DNA of 64,000 bases. Origin: an uncultured delta proteobacterium (GTDB taxonomy: Bacteria; Desulfobacterota; Syntrophia; Syntrophales; UBA2185). Each line of letters starts with the position of its first letter. Within the stretch, counting starts at the first letter, position 1. The DNA lies in NCBI GenBank assembly GCA_963695875.1, contig CAVOID010000012.1, positions 1-64,000 on the forward strand, in the 5' to 3' direction. The position numbers and the translations under genes are program-made. Below the pieces are notes generated by a model that saw only the letters and a list, made by a program, of their open reading frames with translations, had not been told where the DNA came from and ran no database searches. Of the stretch, positions 20,532 through 30,930 are shown piece after piece.

Positions 20532-20945
20532 TTATTTTTTGCGTTTGAAGATTCCGTCTATTTTGGCCATCAATTCTTCGGGCGTTACCGGCTTGGCGAT
20601 AAAGTTTCTTCCTCCTATAATTCCTTCTTGTGATTGGACTTCCCGTCTCGACGCTATGGCAGTAATGAACAATACAGGAATATTTCTTGTTTTTGGGTTT
20701 TCAAGCAGCAGCTCCGCGACCTGCCCACCCCCCATTTCCGGCATGATGATATCCAGAAGAATTAAATCAGGACGTTCCCGTGATGCCATTACTACGCCAT
20801 TGGCTCCACTCGTAGTCGTCAGAACCTTAAATCTCCCGGTCTTTTCAAGGTTGAGCTTGACAAAAAAGCAGAAATCTTCTTCGTCATCGATGAGCAAAAT
20901 TCTTCTTTTCTCAGATGGTAATTCTGATTTACTTTCTTCGTTCAT
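20532..20945 (-). CDS. Single-domain response regulator
   Basis: ILLIDDE, PDLILLDIIMP, FITA, KP. Confidence 0.92.
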   Translation of the reverse strand: MNEESKSELPSEKRRILLIDDEEDFCFFVKLNLEKTGRFKVLTTTSGANGVVMASRERPDLILLDIIMPEMGGGQVAELLLENPKTRNIPVLFITAIASRREVQSQEGIIGGRNFIAKPVTPEELMAKIDGIFKRKK

Positions 20946-20997
20946 GATGCCCTCCCGTATTGATGGTATATAAAACGAATGTCATTTTCCAAGATTC

Positions 20998-21906
20998 TCA
21001 ATGGGGATTGCCTGCGGGCAATCCAATGATTACCTGTGTGCCCTTTTCAACCTCGCTTTCAATCCGCACTGTCCCATGATGCTTGTCAATGATCCCTTTT
21101 GTAATAGAAAGGCCTAAACCCGAATTCCTGGAATCGTCCTTAGTCGTATAAAAAGGATCAAACACCTTTTCAATTTTATCTTTGGGTATCCCGCATCCGT
21201 TATCTGCAACAATGATCTGCAGATGTCGCTGTCCGGATGCACTCACTACCGGATCAGCACTAATGGTGATCGTCCCACCATCCTGCAAAGCATCGATTGA
21301 ATTCAAAAGGACGTTTAAAAATACCTGCTTGATCTGGTTCAAGTCAATAGTTAACTTTGGCAATCCCGGAGAAAATTGTTTGACAAGCTTTATGTGTTTT
21401 AATTTGAGCTGGTGCTCTATGAATGACAGTGTCTCTTCGATTACGGTTTCAATCTCCACTTGTTCGGCCTGAATCGGCATCTGGCGTGTAAAACTCAGAA
21501 GCCCCTTTATGATGGAATCAGCTCTGAAAGCAGATTTATTAATTCTCTCTACGACATCATTGAGGAGGGCATCAGCGCCGGTAGACGTCCGCAGGTATTC
21601 CACCCCCTGGATAATGATTGCGAGAGGATTCTTCACCTCATGCGCGATGCCGGCAGCCACGATACCCAGAGCAGCGAACTTCTCGGACTGGATCAGTTGC
21701 TTTTGTGTCCTCTCTTTTTCCTCAAGCGCTTCCTTGCGGGAGTTAATGAGGGTTTGGGTGAAGATCCCGTAGATAATTACGAGACATGCTATCAATACAC
21801 GTGCTAACACCTGATCGGATGATAGAGAATCAATGATCCAGTATATTAAGACCATGAAAAGAGCAATTAGTACCAGTCCATTACGTTCTATTTGATGACG
21901 AATCAT
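20998..21906 (-). CDS. Membrane sensor histidine kinase (2 TM + HisKA + HATPase)
   Basis: AHEVKNPL, NVLLNS, DNGCG, FDPFYTTK, GLGL. Confidence 0.92.
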   Translation of the reverse strand: MIRHQIERNGLVLIALFMVLIYWIIDSLSSDQVLARVLIACLVIIYGIFTQTLINSRKEALEEKERTQKQLIQSEKFAALGIVAAGIAHEVKNPLAIIIQGVEYLRTSTGADALLNDVVERINKSAFRADSIIKGLLSFTRQMPIQAEQVEIETVIEETLSFIEHQLKLKHIKLVKQFSPGLPKLTIDLNQIKQVFLNVLLNSIDALQDGGTITISADPVVSASGQRHLQIIVADNGCGIPKDKIEKVFDPFYTTKDDSRNSGLGLSITKGIIDKHHGTVRIESEVEKGTQVIIGLPAGNPH

Positions 21907-21961
21907 GTGTTCATTTTTCCTTAAAGGTTCACGCTCCGTTCAGACATGAAGTAATACATGC

Positions 21962-23947
21962 TTAGGTAGCAATAGCACGAGAGCCGATATGTGTGTGATT
22001 TACCGAATTTTCTAATTTATGGTTTATGGGTAGTCTTATGATGACCCGTGTGCCCTTTTCAACCTCGCTTTCTATCCCGATTGTACCGTGATGCTTACTG
22101 ATGATCCCTTTTGTAATAGAGAGCCCTAGACCCGTATTTCCAAAATCATCCTTAGTTGTGAAAAAAGGATCAAACACTTTTTCAATTTTATCTTCGGAGA
22201 TGCCGCAACCTGTATCAGCAAATACAATCTGCAGGTACCGTTGATTAAAGTCATCTTTTATTTCCTCGACTGTTATGGTGATAATTCCGCCATCCTTCAT
22301 TGCCTCGACCGAGTTCAGGAGAACGTTTATAAATACCTGTTTGATCTGATTGCTGTCAATGCTTACCATTGGCATGTCAGGAGAGTATTGCCTGACTACT
22401 TCTATATGCTTGGACTTGAATTGATGTTCTATAAACGACAGAGTCTCCTCAATCATGGGTATAATATCCGCTTCCTCTGTCTGGATAGGCATCTGGCGGG
22501 TAAAGCTCAGAAGACCTTTCACTATCGAATCTGCTCTAAGGGCCGATTTCATGACTCTATCCACAACGTCAACCATGAGTTCATCAGAACCCACGCCGTC
22601 TTTTAAATATTCAACACCCTGGATGATGATTGCCAGAGGATTCTTGATCTCATGGGCAATACCGGCAACAAACGTGCCCACGGTAGCCAATTTTTCGGCC
22701 TGCATGAGATCTTCGTGGAGTTTTTTCTGAATTTCTTCTGCCCTTTTCCGTTCTCTAATGTCGATAGCAATCCCCCGTATGCCGATGGCATTGCCTTCCC
22801 GGATGATGGGACTGGCATAAATAATGACGGGGAATGTAGTCCCGTCTTTTTTCAATGCTGCATATTCAAGTCCTAAATATTCTCCGTTTAATATCTTTTG
22901 AACATCCCCACGCAATCTCTCCCTGTCCTCCGGAATAAACATCTGAAGGGCATTCAGGCCCTGAACATAATCTTCTTGCGTGTAACCGAATAATTCGAAT
23001 GCCGATCTATTTGTGAACAGGAAGTTGCCTTTAAGGTCGGTTTCAAACACTGTCTGGGGCAGCAAATCTGCGAGTTCTCTGAATCGAGCTTCGCTCTCTC
23101 TGATGGAAGCCTCAATCTGCTTACGGATATTAATTTCCCGCTCCAATTTGACATTATACTCTTCCATGTCGTTTATATATTTCCCGATTTGTGATTGAAG
23201 AAGAGCGTTTTCCAGGGTTAATCTGATCTCAACAAGCATGGTTGATAAAATCTTTTCATCGTTTGTGTCAAAAGACCCCCCTGTCTTTTTATGTGACAGG
23301 TTAAAGACAGCCGTTACATCGCCCTTTTGACCCATATGAACCGGAACACTGAGGAATGAGGGCGATCCATATTTGGGGTCGTTCTTTTTCTGAATTCTCG
23401 GGTCGCTTTCAATATCCGTGACCAGAAGCGGCTTCTTTTCATCTATGACATGTTTTATCAAGGAATCATCTATATTGATATATGTGCCCTTTTCCAGACC
23501 TTCGATACCTCTTGATCCGACAAGGCGAAGACGCCTCGATGCCGGATCGACCACGAATGATGATCCGATTTCCGCATTTGTCACAGTGAGGGCTTTATCG
23601 AGAAAAACGTTGAGAAGTTCTTCAAAACCCTTGTTTTGAACAGCCACGTTTGCAATATCCTTAATTGCGTTCAATTCAATAGATTTCTGGGATGCCCGAT
23701 CTGCCGCTTCTTTTAAAGACTCAGCCGCAGAAAAGAGACGGTTGAAAATACTAAGGAGGATGATAAGACCAGCCGGAATAATGATAAGAACAAGAAACAG
23801 GAATATGCGGTGATGGGGAGCAAGAACTTCATCGAAATGAAAATATATATAGAGAAGGCTCAATACTGAAAGGACGAGAACCAACGATCCTGTCAGGATA
23901 AATTTTTGTTTAAGTCCTTTTTCTATCATGTTGCTTTTTTCAGCCAC
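21962..23947 (-). CDS. Sensor histidine kinase (TM-GAF-PAS-HisKA-HATPase)
   Basis: GAF (SFLSVP...F..NDE..L), PAS ending [18 protein letters not shown]. Confidence 0.92.
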   Translation of the reverse strand: MAEKSNMIEKGLKQKFILTGSLVLVLSVLSLLYIYFHFDEVLAPHHRIFLFLVLIIIPAGLIILLSIFNRLFSAAESLKEAADRASQKSIELNAIKDIANVAVQNKGFEELLNVFLDKALTVTNAEIGSSFVVDPASRRLRLVGSRGIEGLEKGTYINIDDSLIKHVIDEKKPLLVTDIESDPRIQKKNDPKYGSPSFLSVPVHMGQKGDVTAVFNLSHKKTGGSFDTNDEKILSTMLVEIRLTLENALLQSQIGKYINDMEEYNVKLEREINIRKQIEASIRESEARFRELADLLPQTVFETDLKGNFLFTNRSAFELFGYTQEDYVQGLNALQMFIPEDRERLRGDVQKILNGEYLGLEYAALKKDGTTFPVIIYASPIIREGNAIGIRGIAIDIRERKRAEEIQKKLHEDLMQAEKLATVGTFVAGIAHEIKNPLAIIIQGVEYLKDGVGSDELMVDVVDRVMKSALRADSIVKGLLSFTRQMPIQTEEADIIPMIEETLSFIEHQFKSKHIEVVRQYSPDMPMVSIDSNQIKQVFINVLLNSVEAMKDGGIITITVEEIKDDFNQRYLQIVFADTGCGISEDKIEKVFDPFFTTKDDFGNTGLGLSITKGIISKHHGTIGIESEVEKGTRVIIRLPINHKLENSVNHTHIGSRAIAT

Positions 23948-24105
23948 AATGACACCGAACTTGCCACGAGTTAAAACGCCATTATCTTTAGCTTAAAACA
24001 GCCAAAGACGCAAAGATTTTTATCAAAAAAATAGCGAAGAGAGTAATGCTGGCGGCCAGGTATTTGAGGGTGCATGCAGTGACGCGAAATTCAGTATGAT
24101 CGAAC

Positions 24106-25306
24106 TTATGGGGTAGCGTTTGTATTATCGCTTAAGGTGCACAGGCTGCAGGCACCTGTAATTTGAACCCTGCCATCCCGGCCATAGCACTCCGGACACT
24201 CCAGTCCACGTTTCCCGCATCAGTATTAGGACCGCCGACATATTGAAGGTAATAGGGGGTTCGCATACTGCTGTTGGATCACAGTTGGCGGTGGTGGCAC
24301 AGTCGGCAGGACATTATAAAATGTCACTGATAGTTCCCTGGTAAATATCTACATAACCTGTCGTGGAATTGCTGGAGGTACTGGTATGCATGCGGTTGTA
24401 CCGGCGAACTGGGCGTATTTCGTTACTCCTGTATAATTCTGTATCCTGATCTTTGTTTTCTGCGTTGTGCATACCTTGTTATATAATTCACCGTATGTCA
24501 GTTCGGCAACGAGGTCTCCATACAGTGTATTAGGAGGCACGCTGGATGGTGTGCCATTCTGTCTATTTGCCATTTCATATTCGCGGGGTGAACCTGCAAT
24601 ATTCTTGCCGCTCAATCCCCGGTGGCACATTAAAAACATTGTCAACAGATGCTTGGCTGATGACAACAGCTGCAACCCCATAGCCCTGACCTGCTGCACC
24701 GATCTGGCCGTCATCTGCGGCGTCGTTCTGGTTTGTGACGCATGGTACGACCGTTGTGCGACGGATATCAGTTGGCATGATTCATATATTCAAATAAAAC
24801 GCCGCAGAATGTATCCTGTGTGGTATTTGTCAGTCCGCCCTGAGCCCCAGCGGGCTGATCATAACTGACATCATAACGGAATACATTACCGAAATGAATC
24901 CTTGCCTCCCGGCAACTGGAGTTGCAAAGTCTGAAAAGGCACGTAACACGGCGGATTACGGACAACCTGCACCGTACACACAAGTGCCGGCACCAGGCGG
25001 GTTTGATTGCCCCGTGTTGTTCGGAGGAGCTATCGATGTATCGGGACAGGGGAGCCTGCCGTTGGCCATTGCAAAATTTATGACGGAATTTTTGATATTG
25101 TCCAGGTTGGTTTTGGTTGTGGATAATCTTGCGCTTCCTATGGAAGATCGCCAGATTGTAATGCCCGCCCCAAGAATCAATCCGATTATTACCAGGACAA
25201 CGGAAAGCTCAACCAAGGAAAAGCCCTTTTTAGAGGTTAGTTTAAATAGATGACGGATCAAATCAGTCGGAAGAAGGGTTCGTTTACTTTTTTTTCTTCT
25301 CACCAT
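24106..25306 (-). CDS. Large Cys-rich minor pilin / prepilin N-methylation domain protein (several frameshifts)
   Basis: KG|FSLVELSVVLVIIGLILG type III signal and NGRLPCPD; continuing fragments in ORFs 24768-24983, 24575-24778 and 24349-24714; probable end GACSLCTLSDNTNATP*. Confidence 0.7.
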
Positions 25307-25359
25307 TAATGAGCCCCTTCTTAAAAGAAAAGCCTTAAAGTTGACAGAAAAAATACAAG

Positions 25360-25396
25360 AAAGATAAGGGGAGGAGGAAAATATCCCCTTATCTTT
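25360..25396 (-). terminator. Intrinsic terminator-like hairpin downstream of the pilin
   Basis: AAAGATAAGGGGA...TCCCCTTATCTTT inverted repeat, followed on the minus strand by a T-rich tract. Confidence 0.6.
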
Positions 25397-25519
25397 TAAT
25401 ATTGAAAATGGTTTGTGAAAGGAATATTAGAGCCGGCAATATATCAATTGCATGGCTGCTAATTTATGAATTTCGTTTAAAGCCAGATCGAGTCCAGTAA
25501 CAGCTCTCTTCACCGCCAT

Positions 25520-26161
25520 TTATAGTCTGAAAAACACACTCATAGGGGTTTCTGTGACGGGTGCTGCGAAGGCTTGGAGTGAACGAATATCACCAGTTGT
25601 TGCGTTCCCGTCATCATTTTGAATATCGAGAGTTTGATCTACACTTTCGGGCACCCTGGACATCCCAATCCAGTTGACCGTTAAGCCCTGCACGGCAACA
25701 TTAGCTACCCCAATCGTTCCAGCGTATGGGTGTGTCGGATTTAGACGGCCTGCTCCAATAGTAGCTGTTCCAGAAATTAAGTTGGCAAGCCGTAAATGCT
25801 CCCATATAGCACAGGTTTCGGTTCCTGTATTCGCAGCGCAAGTAAACATGGAACCGGGAGCGGCGTTTGTTCCTATGGCACCACCGTCGATAAGGCCGTT
25901 TCCGTTTCCGTTAAATGTCCCCGGCCATCTGGCGGCTGCTGTGTTGTCATCGCCTGGATACTTTTGATATCTGTCGTAATAAGTGTAAATGGCAGCCGCA
26001 ATTTCCTTCTGGGCGCCTTGCAATCTCTTAATTTTTGCAGAGTTGATAAGTTCTTGTCCCTTAATGATACCGGCGAGAATAATACCGATGATTACCAGCA
26101 CGATGGCCAGTTCAACGAGGGTAAAACCTTTCTCATCTTTTTTGTTTATATAATTAAACAT
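25520..26161 (-). CDS. Type IV pilin / pseudopilin (probable major pilin)
   Basis: KG|FTLVELAIVLVIIGIILAG prepilin motif; AAGGAGG RBS; followed by a terminator. Confidence 0.88.
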   Translation of the reverse strand: MFNYINKKDEKGFTLVELAIVLVIIGIILAGIIKGQELINSAKIKRLQGAQKEIAAAIYTYYDRYQKYPGDDNTAAARWPGTFNGNGNGLIDGGAIGTNAAPGSMFTCAANTGTETCAIWEHLRLANLISGTATIGAGRLNPTHPYAGTIGVANVAVQGLTVNWIGMSRVPESVDQTLDIQNDDGNATTGDIRSLQAFAAPVTETPMSVFFRL

Positions 26162-26256
26162 TATTCGCCTCCTTTTTTCTGTTTATGTAGCGGCGGTTAT
26201 ATTTCGTTAGTTTAATTAATAATCAAGACAAATGATTTATCAAGAGTAAAAGAATT

Positions 26257-27328
26257 TTACACTTCTTCGTGTGCGGGAAGCGTTATTTCAAACGCCGCGC
26301 CGGTTGACTGAGGAAGGACGTGGATGTCTCCCTTCATGGCTTGAGCCATGTTTTTTGCCTGAAAGAGACCAATACCGAGGCCTCCTCCTTTCGTGGAATA
26401 AAAGGGTTCAAATAACCGGGCACCGTCTTCTATAGGGCTTCCCGTGTCTGAGATTGCAACTTTTACTTTATTTCCGTCAGCAGTAATATCAATGTGGCAG
26501 GTTAGATTTCGCTCTTCCAGAGACTTGTCATAGACATTTTTAAGGAGGTTATCGAAAATAGAGATGACCCTGTACTCCTCGGCTGTGATTGATCCTTCTC
26601 CCCTTATTGTATAGTTGAGGTGGTAGTGCTTTGCCAGATTTTCCAGAAAGACTTTAAGGTCAATCGTGCTTTTATCGGATTTTCCGGCATCGGTTTCCTT
26701 CTTCAATTCCAATAGGCTTATGATCTTGGCTCCCCGCCGGGACTGGGCGGGAAGGGTTTCCCTCAAGATAAGAAATAAAGCGTTCCTGTCGGTCCGACGT
26801 TTCCAAATGAAGTACATTATATGAAAGAAACTCGATGAACTGAGCGAGGTTCTTGGCATCATGGAGAATAAACGTTTGGAGTTGTGAAAATTTGTAAAAG
26901 GCTTCATGAATGACTTTAATCTTGATGAGCACATCCATCTCGATGAGGGAAAAGAGGATTTCCAGAACGATCATGTTCAGATAATATTGCTCGCCACGTG
27001 AATGACGCGGTACGATTCCCAGCGTTATCCGGTAATCACCCCCCTGCCGGCTTTTCTCTATTGAATGTCCGCTCAAGGTTTTTTCATGGACAAGAGTGCT
27101 ATTCAGGTAATGGATGTCATAGAATAGATCGTCAATATTTATTTTTTTCAGCACGGGAACGACCTCCGGCAAAAAGCGGTGAAGGTCGTAGTCGAGGTGT
27201 GTATTGAGATCGATAAATTCGAGTATGGAACGGATGGCCTTTCGGGTGAGGTACCGGATATAGATAAGGACGCCGATGATAATGAGACCGGCAAAAATAA
27301 AGAAAGGATAGATATATTCAATCGTCAT
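26257..27328 (-). CDS. Sensor histidine kinase, short PrsK-like (one frameshift near 26770)
   Basis: One TM; FILHDAKNLAQ H-box; DNLLKN, DTG, LFEPFYSTKGGGLGIGL. Confidence 0.8.
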
Positions 27329-27916
27329 CGGTTCTCTTCACACCAAACTTTCTGAGGAAATAATAGAGGCTTTCTCTTTTTACACCGAGGATTTTCGCTG
27401 ATTGGTAAACATTGAAGTTCGTATCCCTCAATATCCTCAAGATAATGCTCTTGTCTGCCTCATCACGCAACGTCTGGAGGCCTTTTCCCATCTCCACATC
27501 GAAAGAAATCTTTTTAATACCCTGTCTCTCAAGTTGCTCTTCCGTTTCCTTAAAGAGCAGAGCCCTTTCGACTGAGTAGAGAATTTTCTCCGTGCTGGCA
27601 GGTTTTAAGAGATAATCGAAAGCCCCTGATTTAATAGCTTCCAGGGCAATGCCTTCCGTCTTCTGACCGGTGAGAATGATTACCTTGCATGTGTATTTGC
27701 CAAGTATGTGATCAAGAACTTTTAACCCTTCATCCGGTGTGCTTCGTGGGGCGGCAGTCCCAGGTCGAGAATAACAACATCGATTTTATTCGGTTTCAGG
27801 GCGTCGACGGCCTCTTTTCGATTGCCGGCTTCAAATATGCTATAGGTGTTCTCCAGCGAAAAGCGGATCTGCTTTCTCAAGGCGGCGTCATCTTCTACTA
27901 AGAGGATCGAAACCAT
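27318..27916 (-). CDS. Response regulator: PrsR-like receiver fused directly to a Fis-type HTH (frameshift near 27735)
   Basis: MVSILLVEDD...LDLGLPP..EG...KVIILTGQ...GAFDYLLKP, then LQTLRDEADKSIILRILRDTNFNVYQSAKILGVKRESLYYFLRKFG; ~199 aa with no AAA+ domain. Confidence 0.8.
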
Positions 27917-28032
27917 GAGTCTACTCCAAGATTGTTTGCTTATAACTAATTGAAATGAAAATATTTTGCAATTATAATTTTTATGGCGTTTTATCTCAGA
28001 AACTGGTACAAACCTGAGCACAACAGTGGGGT

Positions 28033-28605
28033 ATGCGTATAAGACAGGGCTTTTCAAGAATGCATCCAAAAACGGCACCGGCGGTGCTTGTTTCAAGCTT
28101 TGTCTTTCTTCTGATAATTCTCCCTGCGTGGGCGGAAGCTTTCTGTTTTGAGGAGGCCGGCAAAGCACACAATATCAGTTCTGAACTCCTTAAGTCGATT
28201 GCCCGGGTTGAATCCGATTTGAATTCAAATGCTGTAAACACAAACAGGAATGGTTCGACTGATTTGGGGCTAATGCAGATCAACTCCGCGTGGATTGATG
28301 CCATGAATCTGAATAGAGACGAGCTTATTTCCAATCCCTGTTACAACGTTATGACAGGGGCCAATATTCTGAGACAGTGCATAGACAGACATGGTTATAC
28401 CTGGGAAGCTGTTGGGTGTTATAACGCAAAAAGCAAAGGCAAACGGGTAGGTTATTCATGGAAGATATTTCGCGAACTGAAGAAAGAAAAGGCACGAAAA
28501 ATAGCAAAAGATAAAGGTTCATTACCTGAGACTGTAAGCTCAGGTCAATCACTCTATTTCAGGGTGAGAGATGTGGAAAAGCCCGTCACAAATGGAGAGC
28601 CATGA
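28033..28605 (+). CDS. Lytic transglycosylase (SLT domain)
   Basis: Signal peptide; SIARVES, GLMQINS, AVGCYNA. Confidence 0.9.
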   Translation: MRIRQGFSRMHPKTAPAVLVSSFVFLLIILPAWAEAFCFEEAGKAHNISSELLKSIARVESDLNSNAVNTNRNGSTDLGLMQINSAWIDAMNLNRDELISNPCYNVMTGANILRQCIDRHGYTWEAVGCYNAKSKGKRVGYSWKIFRELKKEKARKIAKDKGSLPETVSSGQSLYFRVRDVEKPVTNGEP

Positions 28606-29689
28606 GTCTCATTACTGATCTGCTTTCTAAAGTCAAGCAGCACGAGCCTAAAAGAGATGTTCCACCGATCCTTAAAGATACTGTAGTTCAATCGACAGCG
28701 GAGAGGCGGACAAGAAGTTGTTGATTGCTCTTGTGCTGGTTTTTGCTTTTGTCGCTGTGGGATTTGGTAGCAATCTATCTCATCGACTTCCTGAAAGAAC
28801 CTTCTTTACTTGCACGAGCACCCATGTCGCTACAACGGCCATTCAACCATCTCCTCAGGCTGCTGACATCGCAGCCACCGCAACAATCAGAAGTGAGGAC
28901 TACCTGCTTCGACTGCCGGGGATCAGAAGGACAATAGAGACTGCCGCTGACGCCTGAACGTGAAAAGGATTCGTTAACTCATTCCTCGTGAAAAAAAACT
29001 CATAACAAAAAAATATGCCAGAGGTATCAAACCAGAAGCGAGAGGCCGATTGAAGGAAATGAAACGGGAGAAATCCTTCGGGGTGGAATCGACAGCGATC
29101 AGAAAAGGAATCGAAGAGATTTTCGAAGGAGGATAGGGATGTTGCGCTCTATATGGCAAGGACATATGAAATGCAAAAGAAATATCGTCAGGCCCTTTCA
29201 CGATACAAGGAAGTGCTGGAAATGGAGCCAACTAATTACGTCGTCATGAATAATGTTTCCAGCATGCTCATTTATTTAGGTTCTTATGAGGAAGCAATAC
29301 GGTATGCTCAGAAGGCGTTGAATGTCAGAAAAGACTATGTTCCTTCTCTGGTCAATATCGGTATTGGTTATGGCCAACTTGGTAAATATTCTGAGAGCGA
29401 AAGTTATTTCCGGAGGGCCTTAACAATAGAACAGTCAAATCAATATGCGTTATTGAATATCGGGCTCCTCTATGAAAAACAGGGTGCCTTCGATAAAGCG
29501 AATCAATACTTTGTGAAACTTTCCGAAGCGGGAGATGTTCAGGGTTATTTGGGTCTCGCGCGACTTGCCGAGAAACAGAAAAGAGTTGCGGATGCCATTC
29601 GATTTTATAAAATGGCCGTATCGATGGAAAATATTGATCCGCAAATATCAAATGCGGTAAACGAAAGATTAATGCAGTTAACGAAGTGA
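28602..29689 (+). CDS. TPR protein, MshN-like (frameshifted)
   Basis: Start MSLITDLLSKVKQ, a TM segment, and TPR repeats in ORF 29153-29689. Confidence 0.7.
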
Positions 29690-30922
29690 AGTAACGCTGA
29701 CTGTATACGATGCCATCCAATACTCTACCCCGTCAGGAATCCGCACCTTATACCACTTGTTACCGTCTGATTCCGTCCACTCATCGGTGACTTCGAAACT
29801 GTCACCCTTGGAGACGACATCCGCTATATCTGCCTGAAGAGAAGGCCATTCCCTCATCCTGGCAGCCCGAACAGTTACGGTTGCAATCCTTTGGCGATCG
29901 ATAAAGTTTTCCGGCTTGACCGAAGGAAGCAGATCCGATGTCTCAGGCACGACTTTCTGAGTATCTTTATGGATATATGATTTCAAAACGGTCTGAAACG
30001 AATCACCATTCTGCTGAAGTGTATTGTAACTGATGAGTAAAACCGAAACAATGATGATCAGTATGACAGCAACTGCTGCGAAGCTGAAAATCCTGTGCCG
30101 CGAGCCCGATTTCAATTGGGTGTCCGGGATATGCTTAGCGGTATCCAAAATATGCCTCTTTCGGATATGATGGCTTGTCCCGATATAGGCTATCATCATG
30201 GCCCTCGATGCGATAAGGTTGATTAATCGTGGAACGCCGCCAGAAAGCTTATGTGTAAATTTTTTTGCCTTTTCGTCGAATATGGCGGAACCTTTACCTG
30301 CTTTAATCAACCTGAAAGTGATATAATCAAACGTTTCCACCGCTGTAAGCGGCCTCAATGTTGCCCTGATCGAAATTCTCTGATCCAACTGTCGTAATGC
30401 TTCAGAGTGCAATCTTCTTTGAAGTTCGGGCTGCCCGACGAGAATAATTTGCAGGAGCTTTTCCTTTTCCGTTTCTAAATTTGACAGCAGTCTCAACTCT
30501 TCGAGACAACTGTCAGATAGGTTCTGGGCTTCATCCACAATTATGATTACTCTTTTGCCGGCAACAGAGTGATTTATGAGGAAATCTCTGAAGACCTTGA
30601 TCATTTCGTTCTTGTTCGTTGTTTGAAGATGAATATTTAGATCATCCAGAATAGCCTGTAAAAGCTCTTCAGGAGAAAGTCTCGGAGTCATGATCAGGGC
30701 AATTTCCGCCCTCTCTTTCCATCGATCAATAAATATTTTGAGAATTGTCGTCTTTCCCGTTCCCGGCTCACCGATTATAAGAGAGAATCCTTCCTTTTGC
30801 TCAACGGCGTAATCGAGAGATGCAAGGACATCATTATGCATCTTTGAAGGATAGAAATAGTGTGAATCCGGCGTAAGGCCGAACGGGTCTTCATGAAGAT
30901 CAAAGAAATCTAAGTAATCCAT
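29678..30922 (-). CDS. ExeA/GspA/MshM-like AAA ATPase with a C-terminal SH3b domain
   Basis: YLDFFDLHEDPF..TPD, GEPGTGKT, IVDEAQ, GQPEL, SGGVPRLIN, TM, then RMREWPS...WYKV...W. Confidence 0.88.
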   Translation of the reverse strand: MDYLDFFDLHEDPFGLTPDSHYFYPSKMHNDVLASLDYAVEQKEGFSLIIGEPGTGKTTILKIFIDRWKERAEIALIMTPRLSPEELLQAILDDLNIHLQTTNKNEMIKVFRDFLINHSVAGKRVIIIVDEAQNLSDSCLEELRLLSNLETEKEKLLQIILVGQPELQRRLHSEALRQLDQRISIRATLRPLTAVETFDYITFRLIKAGKGSAIFDEKAKKFTHKLSGGVPRLINLIASRAMMIAYIGTSHHIRKRHILDTAKHIPDTQLKSGSRHRIFSFAAVAVILIIIVSVLLISYNTLQQNGDSFQTVLKSYIHKDTQKVVPETSDLLPSVKPENFIDRQRIATVTVRAARMREWPSLQADIADVVSKGDSFEVTDEWTESDGNKWYKVRIPDGVEYWMASYTVSVTSLR

Positions 30923-30930
30923 ATCAATTA

